From positions 1 to 33,574 of IMG/VR virus record IMGVR_UViG_3300034411_000032: DNA of 33,574 nt. One strand, 5' to 3'. Numbering within the stretch: the first letter of the stretch is position 1; the number at the start of each line of letters is the position of its first letter. The translations under genes and the position numbers were made by a program. This document shows, in pieces, positions 9,201 to 17,702 of the stretch. The notes under the pieces are model-generated. The model saw nothing but the letters and a program-made list of their open reading frames with translations, did no database searches and was not told the origin of the DNA. The stretch is from a virus (taxonomy: Duplodnaviria > Caudoviricetes).

Positions 9201-9524
9201 CGAAAAGGCGCCTTGATTTGGAACTAATCCCACCTCTTGCGGTGTGGGCATCCGAGGGGCAACAGACGGATCAAACGCCGGCGTTGCCGCGATCTCATCA
9301 GGCGTCATCACACGCGCGGCTTCAGGGCCGACAGGCTTAGGCTTAGGCGGCGTAGGCCGAACACTTGGGTCAAGCTTGTTAAGAAGGTTGAACATACTGC
9401 CCAAGCCGGCAACCTGCACACCCTCTTGCTCTGGGCCTTGGGCAAACTCAGTCGGCTGGCCGGCCGCAGTGATGCGTTGCTTGGCCTCTTGGTCTTGTGC
9501 TACCTGGTTGGGATCAAATGCCAT
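6234..9524 (-). CDS. Large internal virion (ejection) protein, T7 gp16-like position
   Basis: 1096 aa, mostly helical, motifs LLSSPATQMKN, FILPFVTAPTN and GWQPYS; directly upstream of the tail fibre with ATGA overlap. Confidence 0.75.
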   Translation of the reverse strand: MAFDPNQVAQDQEAKQRITAAGQPTEFAQGPEQEGVQVAGLGSMFNLLNKLDPSVRPTPPKPKPVGPEAARVMTPDEIAATPAFDPSVAPRMPTPQEVGLVPNQGAFSESATKRALAGQVLSPEGVAKFEERGLKAPGINEEAPTDVLQDARTALANDAAEAELAAINIAEDAKKALNAEVRGFNPETGTASDEVAQAVLSRLDVKSNNIKSLQDGGDFNFDYIDTSDDVLAVITAIGENFKGETATITRGKISNTETARAAAGLVADEIGLARSLLTRRIGEGGMTAEMFVASRELLVRSATRLEELAKQIKTGAGADVQLKFRRQLAIHSGIQLQLKGAQTEAARALQSFQIRVDGEMDATRFGEEAQRLLSESGAEKSTAALASSLLKVAKTNGVSGVNGLARVGKYAKTKRMVHEAYLAGLLSSPATQMKNIVGTSSFMLFQLPTEAAAGVWGSVIRGGRSRLGMQYPISEDQIYMEDALLRLKGWSDAWGDAMKAASIAWRTEMPSGASKLDVEQYAASSSVDTKLEGSMLGRSLDEVAKRMRIPFRLLLSADEFTKTISQRGEFYTSINKRYQHSLRKGMSEQEALDEAGMMMLDPSSVQEELDYKAKFDTLQSDLGVMSKVAGYVQRNIVGRFILPFVTAPTNALLRTMEYTPFSKTSYDLLGFNGPKAQQLAAGRYTVASAVLFKTSQYAMDGRITGGMPSDQRTRDALPPGWQPYSFVVKGEGFPEDMPLRDPFGAPNGPLTYISYQGFEPVGGLLAITADAIQRANITNDPELQQKYIQTAILSTTDYYKELPMLQGIADLTAFFEGFDPATISRSYAESASPIGVPNPLSSLQRMFARLADPTRVKPREDIEYYTIEDVKKIVIDEDGTESFAFPLADGTPNYSMVGTEKTDAKTNFSAYLTEVSALQAKDSFIRDERDLNAVVYDTLGNAKGSDEFSFAANPGAALFSNISGLRLKRGEELEDYEKELIRLQRMTNKWPLTNPQKMGQIKLSYGMQSDLVNMAKNEIRLNIPGFGTLDFRQAIMAVTGSREYKGIPDKAKLSTLKKINQQFIEAGFLALLENPEYANMRQAYEQVEQLKESGRR

Positions 9525-9529
9525 TTACT

Positions 9530-9712
9530 TCACTTCTCTTGGAATTGCTCGGGAATGCCAACTTCTTCTTCTGCGCCTAATTCTACTGCTTCGCCCATAA
9601 ATGCCAATTCAAGGTATTGGTCTCGCGTCATAGGCAAGCCAAACTTTTTCATAAGGGCAACAACGCTATCGTCATTCCCAAGTTGGGGGGTTAACTCCGC
9701 CTGCTCGTTCAT
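9530..9712 (-). CDS. Small acidic protein (60 aa), candidate inhibitor/immunity partner of the upstream glycosylase-like domain
   Basis: Strong SD GAGGAGG 7 nt before ATG 9712, embedded in the upstream CDS; 13 D/E versus 4 K/R; fills the gap up to 9524. Confidence 0.75.
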   Translation of the reverse strand: MNEQAELTPQLGNDDSVVALMKKFGLPMTRDQYLELAFMGEAVELGAEEEVGIPEQFQEK

Positions 9713-12254
9713 CTACTAACCTCCTCGTTTCGTCTAAATCAATTTCGCCGTCTTTGTATCTTTGCCAAATTGCGTTAACATCAGAAACATTTTTTGCGCT
9801 TTGCTTAAACTTATCCGTAAATAATCCGCGTACCGCTTCCCATGTTATCGACTGCATTTGCCGTGGCAGGATACCACGTTCAGCCGCTGCCCGTCTATAT
9901 GCTTCCGCATATAAGCCGTAGTTTCCAGAAACGCCGGTTTTACTTGACCCCTTAGTTGTGCCTCGCCCCTTAACACTCATGTTCTTAAAGTTATGATCAA
10001 CCTCTAAAGAGTTGCCAGAAAGTGGGCGCAATAAGCCAGCGGCTACGGCGTGAGTGTCAATCGTCACATCGCCAAACGGAGAGTTGGGGTCATATATGTT
10101 GTTATAAAAGTTTCTAACTTTATGGCGCTCACCCATCAACCTTGAAATTGTTTGCACATCTCCGTTAACGTCAATTGACGCAACAGCCTTACCTATTTCA
10201 TTAAGAGATCCCCAAGCTGCTTTGCTGGGGCGACCATCCGCATTTGTTGCTGTTTGCAAGAACTCGCCTTCAGGGCCGACAATCTTGTAATCTGGCGAAT
10301 TGTAAGTCTGATCGTAAAGTCTGACAAACAAAGCCCTTAAACCAGCTTGAACGGCAGGATCTTCATCAACGATCTCTGTGTAAGATTTACCTTTTATAGC
10401 ATCCAGCATTGGCTCATATTTTGGTTTATTTAATGATGGCAAAGATCTGAATGTTTGCTCCATATCTTCAGCAAACTTAAAATCTTTTTGCTTTATGGAT
10501 ACATCAAGAACCCTCTGAGCAAGACTGACATTTTGATACCAATCTTTTTGGGGCGACAGAGCTGCAAGTGCGCCAGCAATAGATGTGTCAGGCACACCGT
10601 ATTCACTTGACCAGCGATCAGTAATCGCTCTAGCTCCATCGTACCACTTCTGACTCCTCACCCTAGTCGCTTCAGGGACTTGATCGTGAAGGTAAAGCAG
10701 GTTGTCTGTCACATGAGATATGAAGCGTTCAGATGTTTCGTCAACTCCTTCACCCTCAACGACCTTCATGTTTGGATAATCTTTAGTAATGTTTACATTG
10801 AACTCGTATAGGTTTGGATCGGCCTTCATTTCTTCTAGGCCAACAATCAACTCGCCCGTCATTGGATCTTCTGTTGACGCTTTTGCTGTAGGCAAACGAG
10901 TTGATATGCGCCCAGGCAATCCGTCTTCAAGCTTAGGCGCAACCAACCGACCAGCCGCAGCAAGCCCACGGTCAACCACAGGCCCAACAGGGTTGCTAAA
11001 CATTGTCGAGCCTTCTTGCGCTATGCGTTGCTCGGCCTGCGCGCCTGCCTTGATTAAAGAAGGCTCTAACACTTTAAAGCCCTTCTTCATAAGAGCTGCA
11101 ATTGGTTTGCCAACAACGGTAGCTTCAGCCAAGCCTGCTGTCATAAGGCCCAGACCCATCAATCTTTGAAAGCTTCCACTGGCTCCATCACCCGATCCAA
11201 ACGCTGACGCAATGGAAGATGCGGCGTCAAGTGCTAAACCCGTTGTCGCGTAAAGAGGGCTAACAGGAGCGCCTTGATTGCTTTGATTGAACATCCGATA
11301 ACCTTCTTGAATGTCCAAAGCCCCGAAAGTGGCGAAATCTGCAACGCCTACCTGCAAAGGGTTTGTCTCTCCCGTGCCAAATAGTGCATTAGAGTACACG
11401 CTTGCAGAGCTTCTCATAGCTCCAGTTGCCGCTCTAATTGTTTCGTCAATAGTGCGAAAATTTACTTGAGCATTACGCTGCGCTGCGTCTTGCTCTATTA
11501 AGGCTCTTGCCCTTTGTTCAGCCTCTTGTATGACACCAGGATCAGTTTCGTCTTCTACAGAGGCTCTTATATCCGCTGCCTCTTCAATGACACTAAGGCT
11601 AATTCCTTGCTCCTCTAACAGATCTGCTCGCATTCCCTCAGTCGCAAGTCGCACCGCAAGGTCTTCAACAAGCCTAGTCCCCGCTTCTCTCATGGTAGGA
11701 TCGCCCTCGCCAAAAACAAGGAAAGGCTCCCCGCTTGCTAGCTTTCGCGCTATTTCCTCTGGAGATAAAGTTAAATCCTCCTGCGGCCCCATAAGACCAG
11801 CAGCCTCTACAACATCAGGAGTGTAGCCGGCAGCGTCAAAGTCTTCCATAGTTGGCATGGCGCCGGTGGCTGCTTTGCGCTCATTAGCAAACGAAACAGC
11901 GCCCTCTATGGGGGCTGATTCAGTTGTCGGCGCAACAAGAGATGCAGGAGCTGTCTCCATAACCTCTGGCTGCGGCGCTGGGTAGTAGCGTTGAAACTCA
12001 GGTGTCTCAGGGCCAAACTCCATGCCCTCAATCAGTATAGACTTGGGAGGATCTACAGTTTCGCCCTCTTCACCAATCTTTATGTAACCGCCTCGGGACA
12101 TGGGCATAAGGATGTCGTGAGTGTTGGTCTCTGTGTTAAAGACGCTTTTCTTGTTCTTTTCAATAGCAGGATTAATGCCGGCCTCAGTAACAAGATTAGC
12201 CTCAAGGTACTTGTCCATTTCGTAGTCGGTGTCGTTGCCCAATAAATCTGCCAT
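9672..12254 (-). CDS. Internal virion protein with C-terminal HhH-GPD (endonuclease III-like) DNA glycosylase-like domain
   Basis: Located in the ejection cluster with a TAATG overlap. Acidic N-terminal half with a hydrophobic segment; C-terminal motifs WYDGA, ALSPQKDWYQN, GERHKVRNFYNNI, VTIDTHA and MQSITW. Confidence 0.7.
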   Translation of the reverse strand: MADLLGNDTDYEMDKYLEANLVTEAGINPAIEKNKKSVFNTETNTHDILMPMSRGGYIKIGEEGETVDPPKSILIEGMEFGPETPEFQRYYPAPQPEVMETAPASLVAPTTESAPIEGAVSFANERKAATGAMPTMEDFDAAGYTPDVVEAAGLMGPQEDLTLSPEEIARKLASGEPFLVFGEGDPTMREAGTRLVEDLAVRLATEGMRADLLEEQGISLSVIEEAADIRASVEDETDPGVIQEAEQRARALIEQDAAQRNAQVNFRTIDETIRAATGAMRSSASVYSNALFGTGETNPLQVGVADFATFGALDIQEGYRMFNQSNQGAPVSPLYATTGLALDAASSIASAFGSGDGASGSFQRLMGLGLMTAGLAEATVVGKPIAALMKKGFKVLEPSLIKAGAQAEQRIAQEGSTMFSNPVGPVVDRGLAAAGRLVAPKLEDGLPGRISTRLPTAKASTEDPMTGELIVGLEEMKADPNLYEFNVNITKDYPNMKVVEGEGVDETSERFISHVTDNLLYLHDQVPEATRVRSQKWYDGARAITDRWSSEYGVPDTSIAGALAALSPQKDWYQNVSLAQRVLDVSIKQKDFKFAEDMEQTFRSLPSLNKPKYEPMLDAIKGKSYTEIVDEDPAVQAGLRALFVRLYDQTYNSPDYKIVGPEGEFLQTATNADGRPSKAAWGSLNEIGKAVASIDVNGDVQTISRLMGERHKVRNFYNNIYDPNSPFGDVTIDTHAVAAGLLRPLSGNSLEVDHNFKNMSVKGRGTTKGSSKTGVSGNYGLYAEAYRRAAAERGILPRQMQSITWEAVRGLFTDKFKQSAKNVSDVNAIWQRYKDGEIDLDETRRLVDERAGGVNPPTWE

Positions 12255-14032
12255 TAGTCGAACAATCCTTGATTAGCGTATCTTGATCTTATAGTTGATT
12301 TAAAAACAGTATAAGAGTTTGTAGCTTGACTTTGGCGGTCTGCGTTTAAATTGTCGTACCAAGCATCTACGGAGCCTAGAGGGTCGGAGATGTCTACAGT
12401 AAACCCAGACAAATCTCCCGCTAGGTCTTGAACAACATCTAAATACTCAGCCCTTAATTCTTCTCTGTAAATAACGTCAAACTCATCTCTTTTTTTGAAA
12501 GCAAAATCGCGAATTTCCGCTAGCGTCATAGGGTTGCCTTCTGACTCTCTGCGGCTAAACTCATCTCTTAAAGCAAAGTCAGATTGCTCGAAAGCTGCTT
12601 TGGAAGCCTGAGCAAGCCTGTCATCTCTTCCAATTGCCATTTGGGCATTATAACGAAAATGCCGCGAAAGCAGCCTTGAGCCTACGGCTAGCCCCTCATC
12701 AGCCTCATTTGCAATCTTTGTTCGTAAACCGTTGTACTGCCCTACATCTAAAGAGCTTCTCTTAGCATTAAGATCTGCAACTGTCAGCATGCCAGACTCT
12801 GCCGTTCCGTAAAGCTCACTATAGACAACTGCATCACCTTTGCCAGCAGGCCTAAAAGCAGTAACCGCCTCAACCAACATAGCGTCTTCCATCGCTTCTT
12901 GTTGCGCAGGAGTGGCCCACATTTGACCAGTTAAGCTTTCGTGTAAAACTACTTGAGCTTCTGATCCTGACAAGCTTTGAAAAGGAATACCTCTTTCTTC
13001 ATAACTATCGACAAGCCTTTCAAAGGTTGCAGGATTTAAAACTTGTTGCAGTTTGGCTTTAGAAACACTGTCTGTGTTGTCTAAAGAAATAAGAAGGTTG
13101 TAGGCCTGTGTGTTGTTTTTGTTTATCTCTTCTTCGTACTCATCGTCTATTTTTTCTTTGGCGCTAAAGAATGTTGAGGCCATTTGTATTGTGTCCTGCA
13201 CAACTGCATTAGCCTCTTCAGCCGGCACAGCCATGAGCATATTCAAAACATGAGGCGGCAAGGTGGAAATTCCAACCATTGCTTCCGCTTCCAGTTTACC
13301 ACTACGCACCATTTCAATTTGGCTCAAAACCGATGAAAGGCCTATTGCCTTGTTTAAGTCAGTGCCTGCGTATGCTGGAACAAGGTTCTTAAAAGCTTTT
13401 GACAAAACCTTCTGGGTAACATTGCCCATAATTTCTGGGTTCACACCGCCGTTTCTAACGGCTTGCTGAACCATAGATTCTAATTGTGCTTGATCCATAG
13501 CAAGCTCATCAGATGTAACATCTAGGTAAGGATTAGAATAAATAGAAACCTGCTGGTCTTGCCGAGCCTTCAGTGCAGCCTGCCTGCGCTTTTCAATCTT
13601 TAAGTCGATAACCTCTTGCAGCCTAAACTTAATAGGGATTTCCATTTGACGAAAGCTGTTGTCAAAGTCTTGCAGCGCGTATTTGTTTTTGCCAACAGTA
13701 GCGCGCATTTCGTCATAAACACCTTTGACGCCCTGCGCATATTTAAGCTCACCGTCAAAAATGTTTCCGACATCCCTGTCTTTTTCAAGCTGGCTAGACA
13801 AAGCCATCAAGCCTTCTTTGGCTGAAAAGATTGCCTCGTTCTTTTGCGTTTCGGTAATCATTTTGTAACGCATGTTGGCATACTCACCAACTTGGTTTGC
13901 AACCTCTGTTGCAATAGCGCCCTTCTGCAATTCAGCCTGGACAAAAGGCTGGGCATTCATCCTAGCTGTGATACGGGCGCCAGGGGCTTCAGAAGTTGGA
14001 CGGCCCTGTGATCTATAAACTGGTATTCTCAT
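12254..14032 (-). CDS. Internal virion (ejection) protein, T7 gp15-like position
   Basis: 592 aa, helical, MRIPVY N-terminus, TAATG-coupled to both neighbours; synteny. Confidence 0.7.
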   Translation of the reverse strand: MRIPVYRSQGRPTSEAPGARITARMNAQPFVQAELQKGAIATEVANQVGEYANMRYKMITETQKNEAIFSAKEGLMALSSQLEKDRDVGNIFDGELKYAQGVKGVYDEMRATVGKNKYALQDFDNSFRQMEIPIKFRLQEVIDLKIEKRRQAALKARQDQQVSIYSNPYLDVTSDELAMDQAQLESMVQQAVRNGGVNPEIMGNVTQKVLSKAFKNLVPAYAGTDLNKAIGLSSVLSQIEMVRSGKLEAEAMVGISTLPPHVLNMLMAVPAEEANAVVQDTIQMASTFFSAKEKIDDEYEEEINKNNTQAYNLLISLDNTDSVSKAKLQQVLNPATFERLVDSYEERGIPFQSLSGSEAQVVLHESLTGQMWATPAQQEAMEDAMLVEAVTAFRPAGKGDAVVYSELYGTAESGMLTVADLNAKRSSLDVGQYNGLRTKIANEADEGLAVGSRLLSRHFRYNAQMAIGRDDRLAQASKAAFEQSDFALRDEFSRRESEGNPMTLAEIRDFAFKKRDEFDVIYREELRAEYLDVVQDLAGDLSGFTVDISDPLGSVDAWYDNLNADRQSQATNSYTVFKSTIRSRYANQGLFD

Positions 14033-14559
14033 TATGTGAACAAGCCCCCCTCATACGCACCTTGAGCAGCTCGACCAAAGCTTTGAATCAGACTTGTCGT
14101 TCCTTGCGCTCTTAGGCCAGCAGCCTGCGCCCCGCCTTCCATGCGTGACAGTTCAGCACTTAGCCTAGAACTTTCTTGCTGATCGTTAATCTGCATGTTT
14201 GTGACAGTGTTATTAAAATCATTGACAGCTTGGTCATACTCAAACTCTCGCGCAGCCTGACGCAAAACCCGCATTGGAGTGCCGTGAGATATGTCTATGC
14301 CAGCTCCGCTGTACTGAGCGACAACAGAGCCTTGAGCTTCCCTAAAACGAAACCGATCAACACGCTCTTGCAAAACTGCATTGCGATTAATGATCTCGCG
14401 CTGCTTTTCAAGTAAGTCAATGTCGCGCTCAATCAGGCCGGCGTTAAATTCGCCAACTCTTCTGGCAGCGTCAGCAGCTTTGTTCGCAGAGTTTTTGGCT
14501 GAAATGCCGCCGGCAATATCAAAAACAGTTTTTACGGCTAGTAATGCTGTTAGACTCAT
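14032..14559 (-). CDS. Internal virion protein, T7 gp14-like
   Basis: 175 aa, Ala/Gln-rich, SGAGIDISHGTP motif, hydrophobic N-terminus; follows the nozzle gene. Confidence 0.75.
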   Translation of the reverse strand: MSLTALLAVKTVFDIAGGISAKNSANKAADAARRVGEFNAGLIERDIDLLEKQREIINRNAVLQERVDRFRFREAQGSVVAQYSGAGIDISHGTPMRVLRQAAREFEYDQAVNDFNNTVTNMQINDQQESSRLSAELSRMEGGAQAAGLRAQGTTSLIQSFGRAAQGAYEGGLFT

Positions 14560-14568
14560 TTAATCACC

Positions 14569-16578
14569 TCACAAATCAAATGTGTTCATGCGCGGGTAGA
14601 GCGCCAGAACAGTCATTGGCAGGGGCTGTGATTGCCGCACATAGATGCGATCACCTTCGACGAAACCGCCTTCAAACTCGATTTCTTTGTCTCCTGTGAA
14701 TAATGGCACAGCTTCGTCCATATTCATAGAGCTGTCGCGGAAAAATATTCTATCGGCACTTGCTGAGTCGCTGCCCACCTCTGCGCCAACTGTTTCATGG
14801 AACCGCACAGTTATGTCGTGGATGCGCTTAGGCTTGCCTTGGGAAGTCCCATCCTGCGATCCAGACTCCAAACGCAGTGTCTGCATTTCGCTTGTGTAAC
14901 CAAACCCAACCGCCCCCGTTGTTGCGGAAAAATCTAACGTCACACCGCCACCTGAAACTGTCTTGTCAGCATGTGTGGCGCCGTTGGCTAGTATTGAAAG
15001 CTCTTCACCCTCTAAGTGATACAAGCCAGAAAGAGTTGTAGTTGCAGAGCCTGAGTAAACCAAGCCGCTGTCTACAAAGAAGGCAGCAGTCGTGTCGCTG
15101 CCAAAATCAAATGTCTTCATCACTTCGACATACTGCTTGGTCACGCCATTGATCGTGCGCTTAACAATCATGTAAAGCTCATCTTCACCGCTATCTGTCG
15201 GCAAGGTGATGATGCTTTCAACCTTAGCCTGACCACTGCCAAACGCCCCCCCGATAATATGTTTGTGCCAAGCAACAATTTCTTCTTCCCGCCGGTAGGT
15301 TAACCCAAGCAAGGTTCCATCAGTGCGGCGCGCCCAGATGATGCTTTCAGGCTCTTGTTGGTACGCAAACTCTTTTATGCCGCCCTCAGTCAAATGCTCT
15401 GATAGAATTGTAATGTCAGGAGCTGCGTAGCCTGCAACATCTACCTCACCAATATAACGAAACTCGCGCACCTTGCGCGCGCCGCGCTGGGCGAACAAAG
15501 TAACGTCAGCAACCTGGACAACCTCGCTGTCAATGCAGCCATAGTTAGAATACTTGCGGATCACTGTCTGCGTGGGCGTGACCGGCCCACCATTGGTTGT
15601 GGTCAAGACATACTCACCGCCAGATGTGCCAATGTTTAGTATCCGAGTAGCAGAAAGGTATCGGATTGCGTTTACCTTGTTGGAAGCAATGGTGTAGATC
15701 AGAGCATCGTCATCATTTGTCCCGGTGTGAAAGTTTAAATAGTCAGCACTTTTAGAAAACCACAATGTTTGAGGGTTATTGTTAGTTGCCGCAAACACAA
15801 GGCGCTGCTCAAAGAAAGTAACAACGCTAGGATAGTTGTCAGTGCTAGTCAGAACCGGCGTGTTGTTTTCGTTAATCGTAGGAGTAGCAAACGTCCAAGC
15901 ATTGTGATCTGTACGGGATAATGTACGGACAGCGTGGCTTGGGTGTACTAAATACATAACGTCTGCGGATTGCGCAAAGCGAACATCGCTCACCTGTGCA
16001 GATGTGTAGGGCGTTGCAACCTCAAACAACTTATCGACGCTAACTCCAGTTCCAGTGTAGGTGGTGAATCCTGTGGTATTAATGGCATTGCCAAACAAGT
16101 CAGTCAGCGTGAACGTGCTGGCTGTAGAGTTGGCAATCAGATAGTTTCGAGCAACTAGCTCGGTCATGCCGCCGCCTGTGTTGTACAGGTAAACCTCATC
16201 TCCATTGGTAAGACCATGAGAATTACTTGTAAAAACGCCAGGATTAGCTTTTGTAATTGCTGAAACACTTTTTGCGCTGCCAGTAAGAACCTGCAAACCA
16301 TTGCGGAAAACACGCATATACTGATCGCCAAACTCTAGCGCATAGGTGTCAGCCGTTTTAAATTCAAAAGGTATCAAACGAGTAATGCTTGAGCTGTCTT
16401 TTACCTCGCCTAAGTATTCTGTGCCTGGGCGCCGCGTAACGCCCCCATGCGGCTGCACAATCATATTAGTTAGATCGGACAGGCCTTCGCGGTACTTCTC
16501 AATCGTAACGCGCCCCTCAAGGCGCGGGGAGATTTCACCGGCTGTAAATGTGCTAATCGCTGGGGCTGATCGCGCCAT
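14569..16578 (-). CDS. Tail tubular protein B / nozzle (T7 gp12-like) with FCCH-like inserted beta domain
   Basis: FTAGEISP, GGVTRRPGT, RFAQSADVMYLVH, FFEQRLVFA and AWHKH motifs. Confidence 0.9.
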   Translation of the reverse strand: MARSAPAISTFTAGEISPRLEGRVTIEKYREGLSDLTNMIVQPHGGVTRRPGTEYLGEVKDSSSITRLIPFEFKTADTYALEFGDQYMRVFRNGLQVLTGSAKSVSAITKANPGVFTSNSHGLTNGDEVYLYNTGGGMTELVARNYLIANSTASTFTLTDLFGNAINTTGFTTYTGTGVSVDKLFEVATPYTSAQVSDVRFAQSADVMYLVHPSHAVRTLSRTDHNAWTFATPTINENNTPVLTSTDNYPSVVTFFEQRLVFAATNNNPQTLWFSKSADYLNFHTGTNDDDALIYTIASNKVNAIRYLSATRILNIGTSGGEYVLTTTNGGPVTPTQTVIRKYSNYGCIDSEVVQVADVTLFAQRGARKVREFRYIGEVDVAGYAAPDITILSEHLTEGGIKEFAYQQEPESIIWARRTDGTLLGLTYRREEEIVAWHKHIIGGAFGSGQAKVESIITLPTDSGEDELYMIVKRTINGVTKQYVEVMKTFDFGSDTTAAFFVDSGLVYSGSATTTLSGLYHLEGEELSILANGATHADKTVSGGGVTLDFSATTGAVGFGYTSEMQTLRLESGSQDGTSQGKPKRIHDITVRFHETVGAEVGSDSASADRIFFRDSSMNMDEAVPLFTGDKEIEFEGGFVEGDRIYVRQSQPLPMTVLALYPRMNTFDL

Positions 16579-17183
16579 TAGAACCTCGACTCAATAAATT
16601 CGCTTGCTTCTAACCGCTGTGGTGCGCCCTCAGTGCCGTCAACAAAGGCGGCTTGTTTTAATTTGTCAGAGTATTCTGCCGCCATCATTTGCTTGACAGT
16701 GTTGGAGCCAGTGATTGCGTAACTAACCTCAAAGGCTATGGCTGCTGCCAGAGTGTCGATCAGGTTTGCGTCATACTCTTGCGGGTCTGTAACCCGAGCA
16801 ACATATTTAATTTTGGCAATACCTTCGTCAGAAAGAAGCTTGCGCCCTTCAATGACAAACACAGGGCCACCTGTGTTGCTGAACATATTGTCTTGCGGAT
16901 AGGACAAAGTCCCGTTGCTAAACTCTAGCACACGCAGGCAGTAAGGGTTGGTTGGCAAGTTGAACTGATTTGCATACCCAAACGCAGGGGAGTCGCTTTC
17001 TTTTGCCAGCTCTGCTCTGCGCAAAAGACAGTTCCAAGGATGAGCGCGGAAAACACTGTCACGCACACTGTCAAACCTTTGGTTGATTAAGCGCGCCGGC
17101 TTGCTGTTTTCCTCAAAGCTTGAAATGTTGTTCGCACCCAAGCTGTTCAGCGCGTAGTTTGCAATATCAACCGTACTGGTCAT
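16578..17183 (-). CDS. Tail tubular protein A / adaptor (T7 gp11-like)
   Basis: VDIANYALNSLG, HPWNC and CLRVL motifs; position after the capsid genes. Confidence 0.88.
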   Translation of the reverse strand: MTSTVDIANYALNSLGANNISSFEENSKPARLINQRFDSVRDSVFRAHPWNCLLRRAELAKESDSPAFGYANQFNLPTNPYCLRVLEFSNGTLSYPQDNMFSNTGGPVFVIEGRKLLSDEGIAKIKYVARVTDPQEYDANLIDTLAAAIAFEVSYAITGSNTVKQMMAAEYSDKLKQAAFVDGTEGAPQRLEASEFIESRF

Positions 17184-17199
17184 CAGCTCTCTCCATGTG

Positions 17200-17224
17200 A
17201 AAAGAGGGGGCGGCGAACCGCCCC
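17200..17224 (-). terminator. Intrinsic terminator after the capsid/cement genes (T7 Tphi-equivalent position)
   Basis: Minus strand reads GGGGCGG-TTCG-CCGCCCC-CTCTTTT. The imperfect U-tract is consistent with partial read-through into the tail genes. Confidence 0.8.
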
Positions 17225-17231
17225 ACTCCTA

Positions 17232-17690
17232 TTAGTCTACCACATACATGATAGTCAGCTCAATAGAGCCGGTAGCAGTTCCCGCGTTTGTCACGGTAAT
17301 TGCTACACCATCCTCGTTTGTATCGGTCTCTGTGCCAGAGCCTAGAGCGATAGTTGCGAGAACGTCTACCTTCTGAGCAGATGTTGACGCCGCCGCTGCC
17401 TTGTAAGCTGCCGCCGCCGCAGACACAGCCGTACCAGCCGCGTTTGTGTGAGCCGCATAACCAACAGACAATGTTGTGCCGCTACCCAAAGCGTCATACG
17501 CTAGGGAACCTTGCAACAAACGTGCGCCGTCAGGTAAGACAAACATCTCAATTTCGCTGGCTGCTGCCAGAGAAGATGCTTCGTATGTGCCATGAGCTAC
17601 GCGGATGCGACCCGCAAGCTCATTAGCTTTGTTCATCACGGCTGGTGTTGCGCGTGAGTTAGTGCGTTGTGTTGAATATACAGTAGCCAT
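17232..17690 (-). CDS. Capsid decoration/cement-like protein
   Basis: 152 aa, beta-rich (LPDGARLL, TLSVG), between the MCP and the terminator, AAGGAG SD. Confidence 0.7.
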   Translation of the reverse strand: MATVYSTQRTNSRATPAVMNKANELAGRIRVAHGTYEASSLAAASEIEMFVLPDGARLLQGSLAYDALGSGTTLSVGYAAHTNAAGTAVSAAAAAYKAAAASTSAQKVDVLATIALGSGTETDTNEDGVAITVTNAGTATGSIELTIMYVVD

Positions 17691-17702
17691 TAATCAGTCT
17701 CC

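Noticed and set aside
9672-9712. Frameshift fusing the 860-aa and 60-aa ORFs, or a sequencing error
   Set aside because: The small ORF has its own strong SD and ATG, and no slippery heptamer is evident in the overlap.
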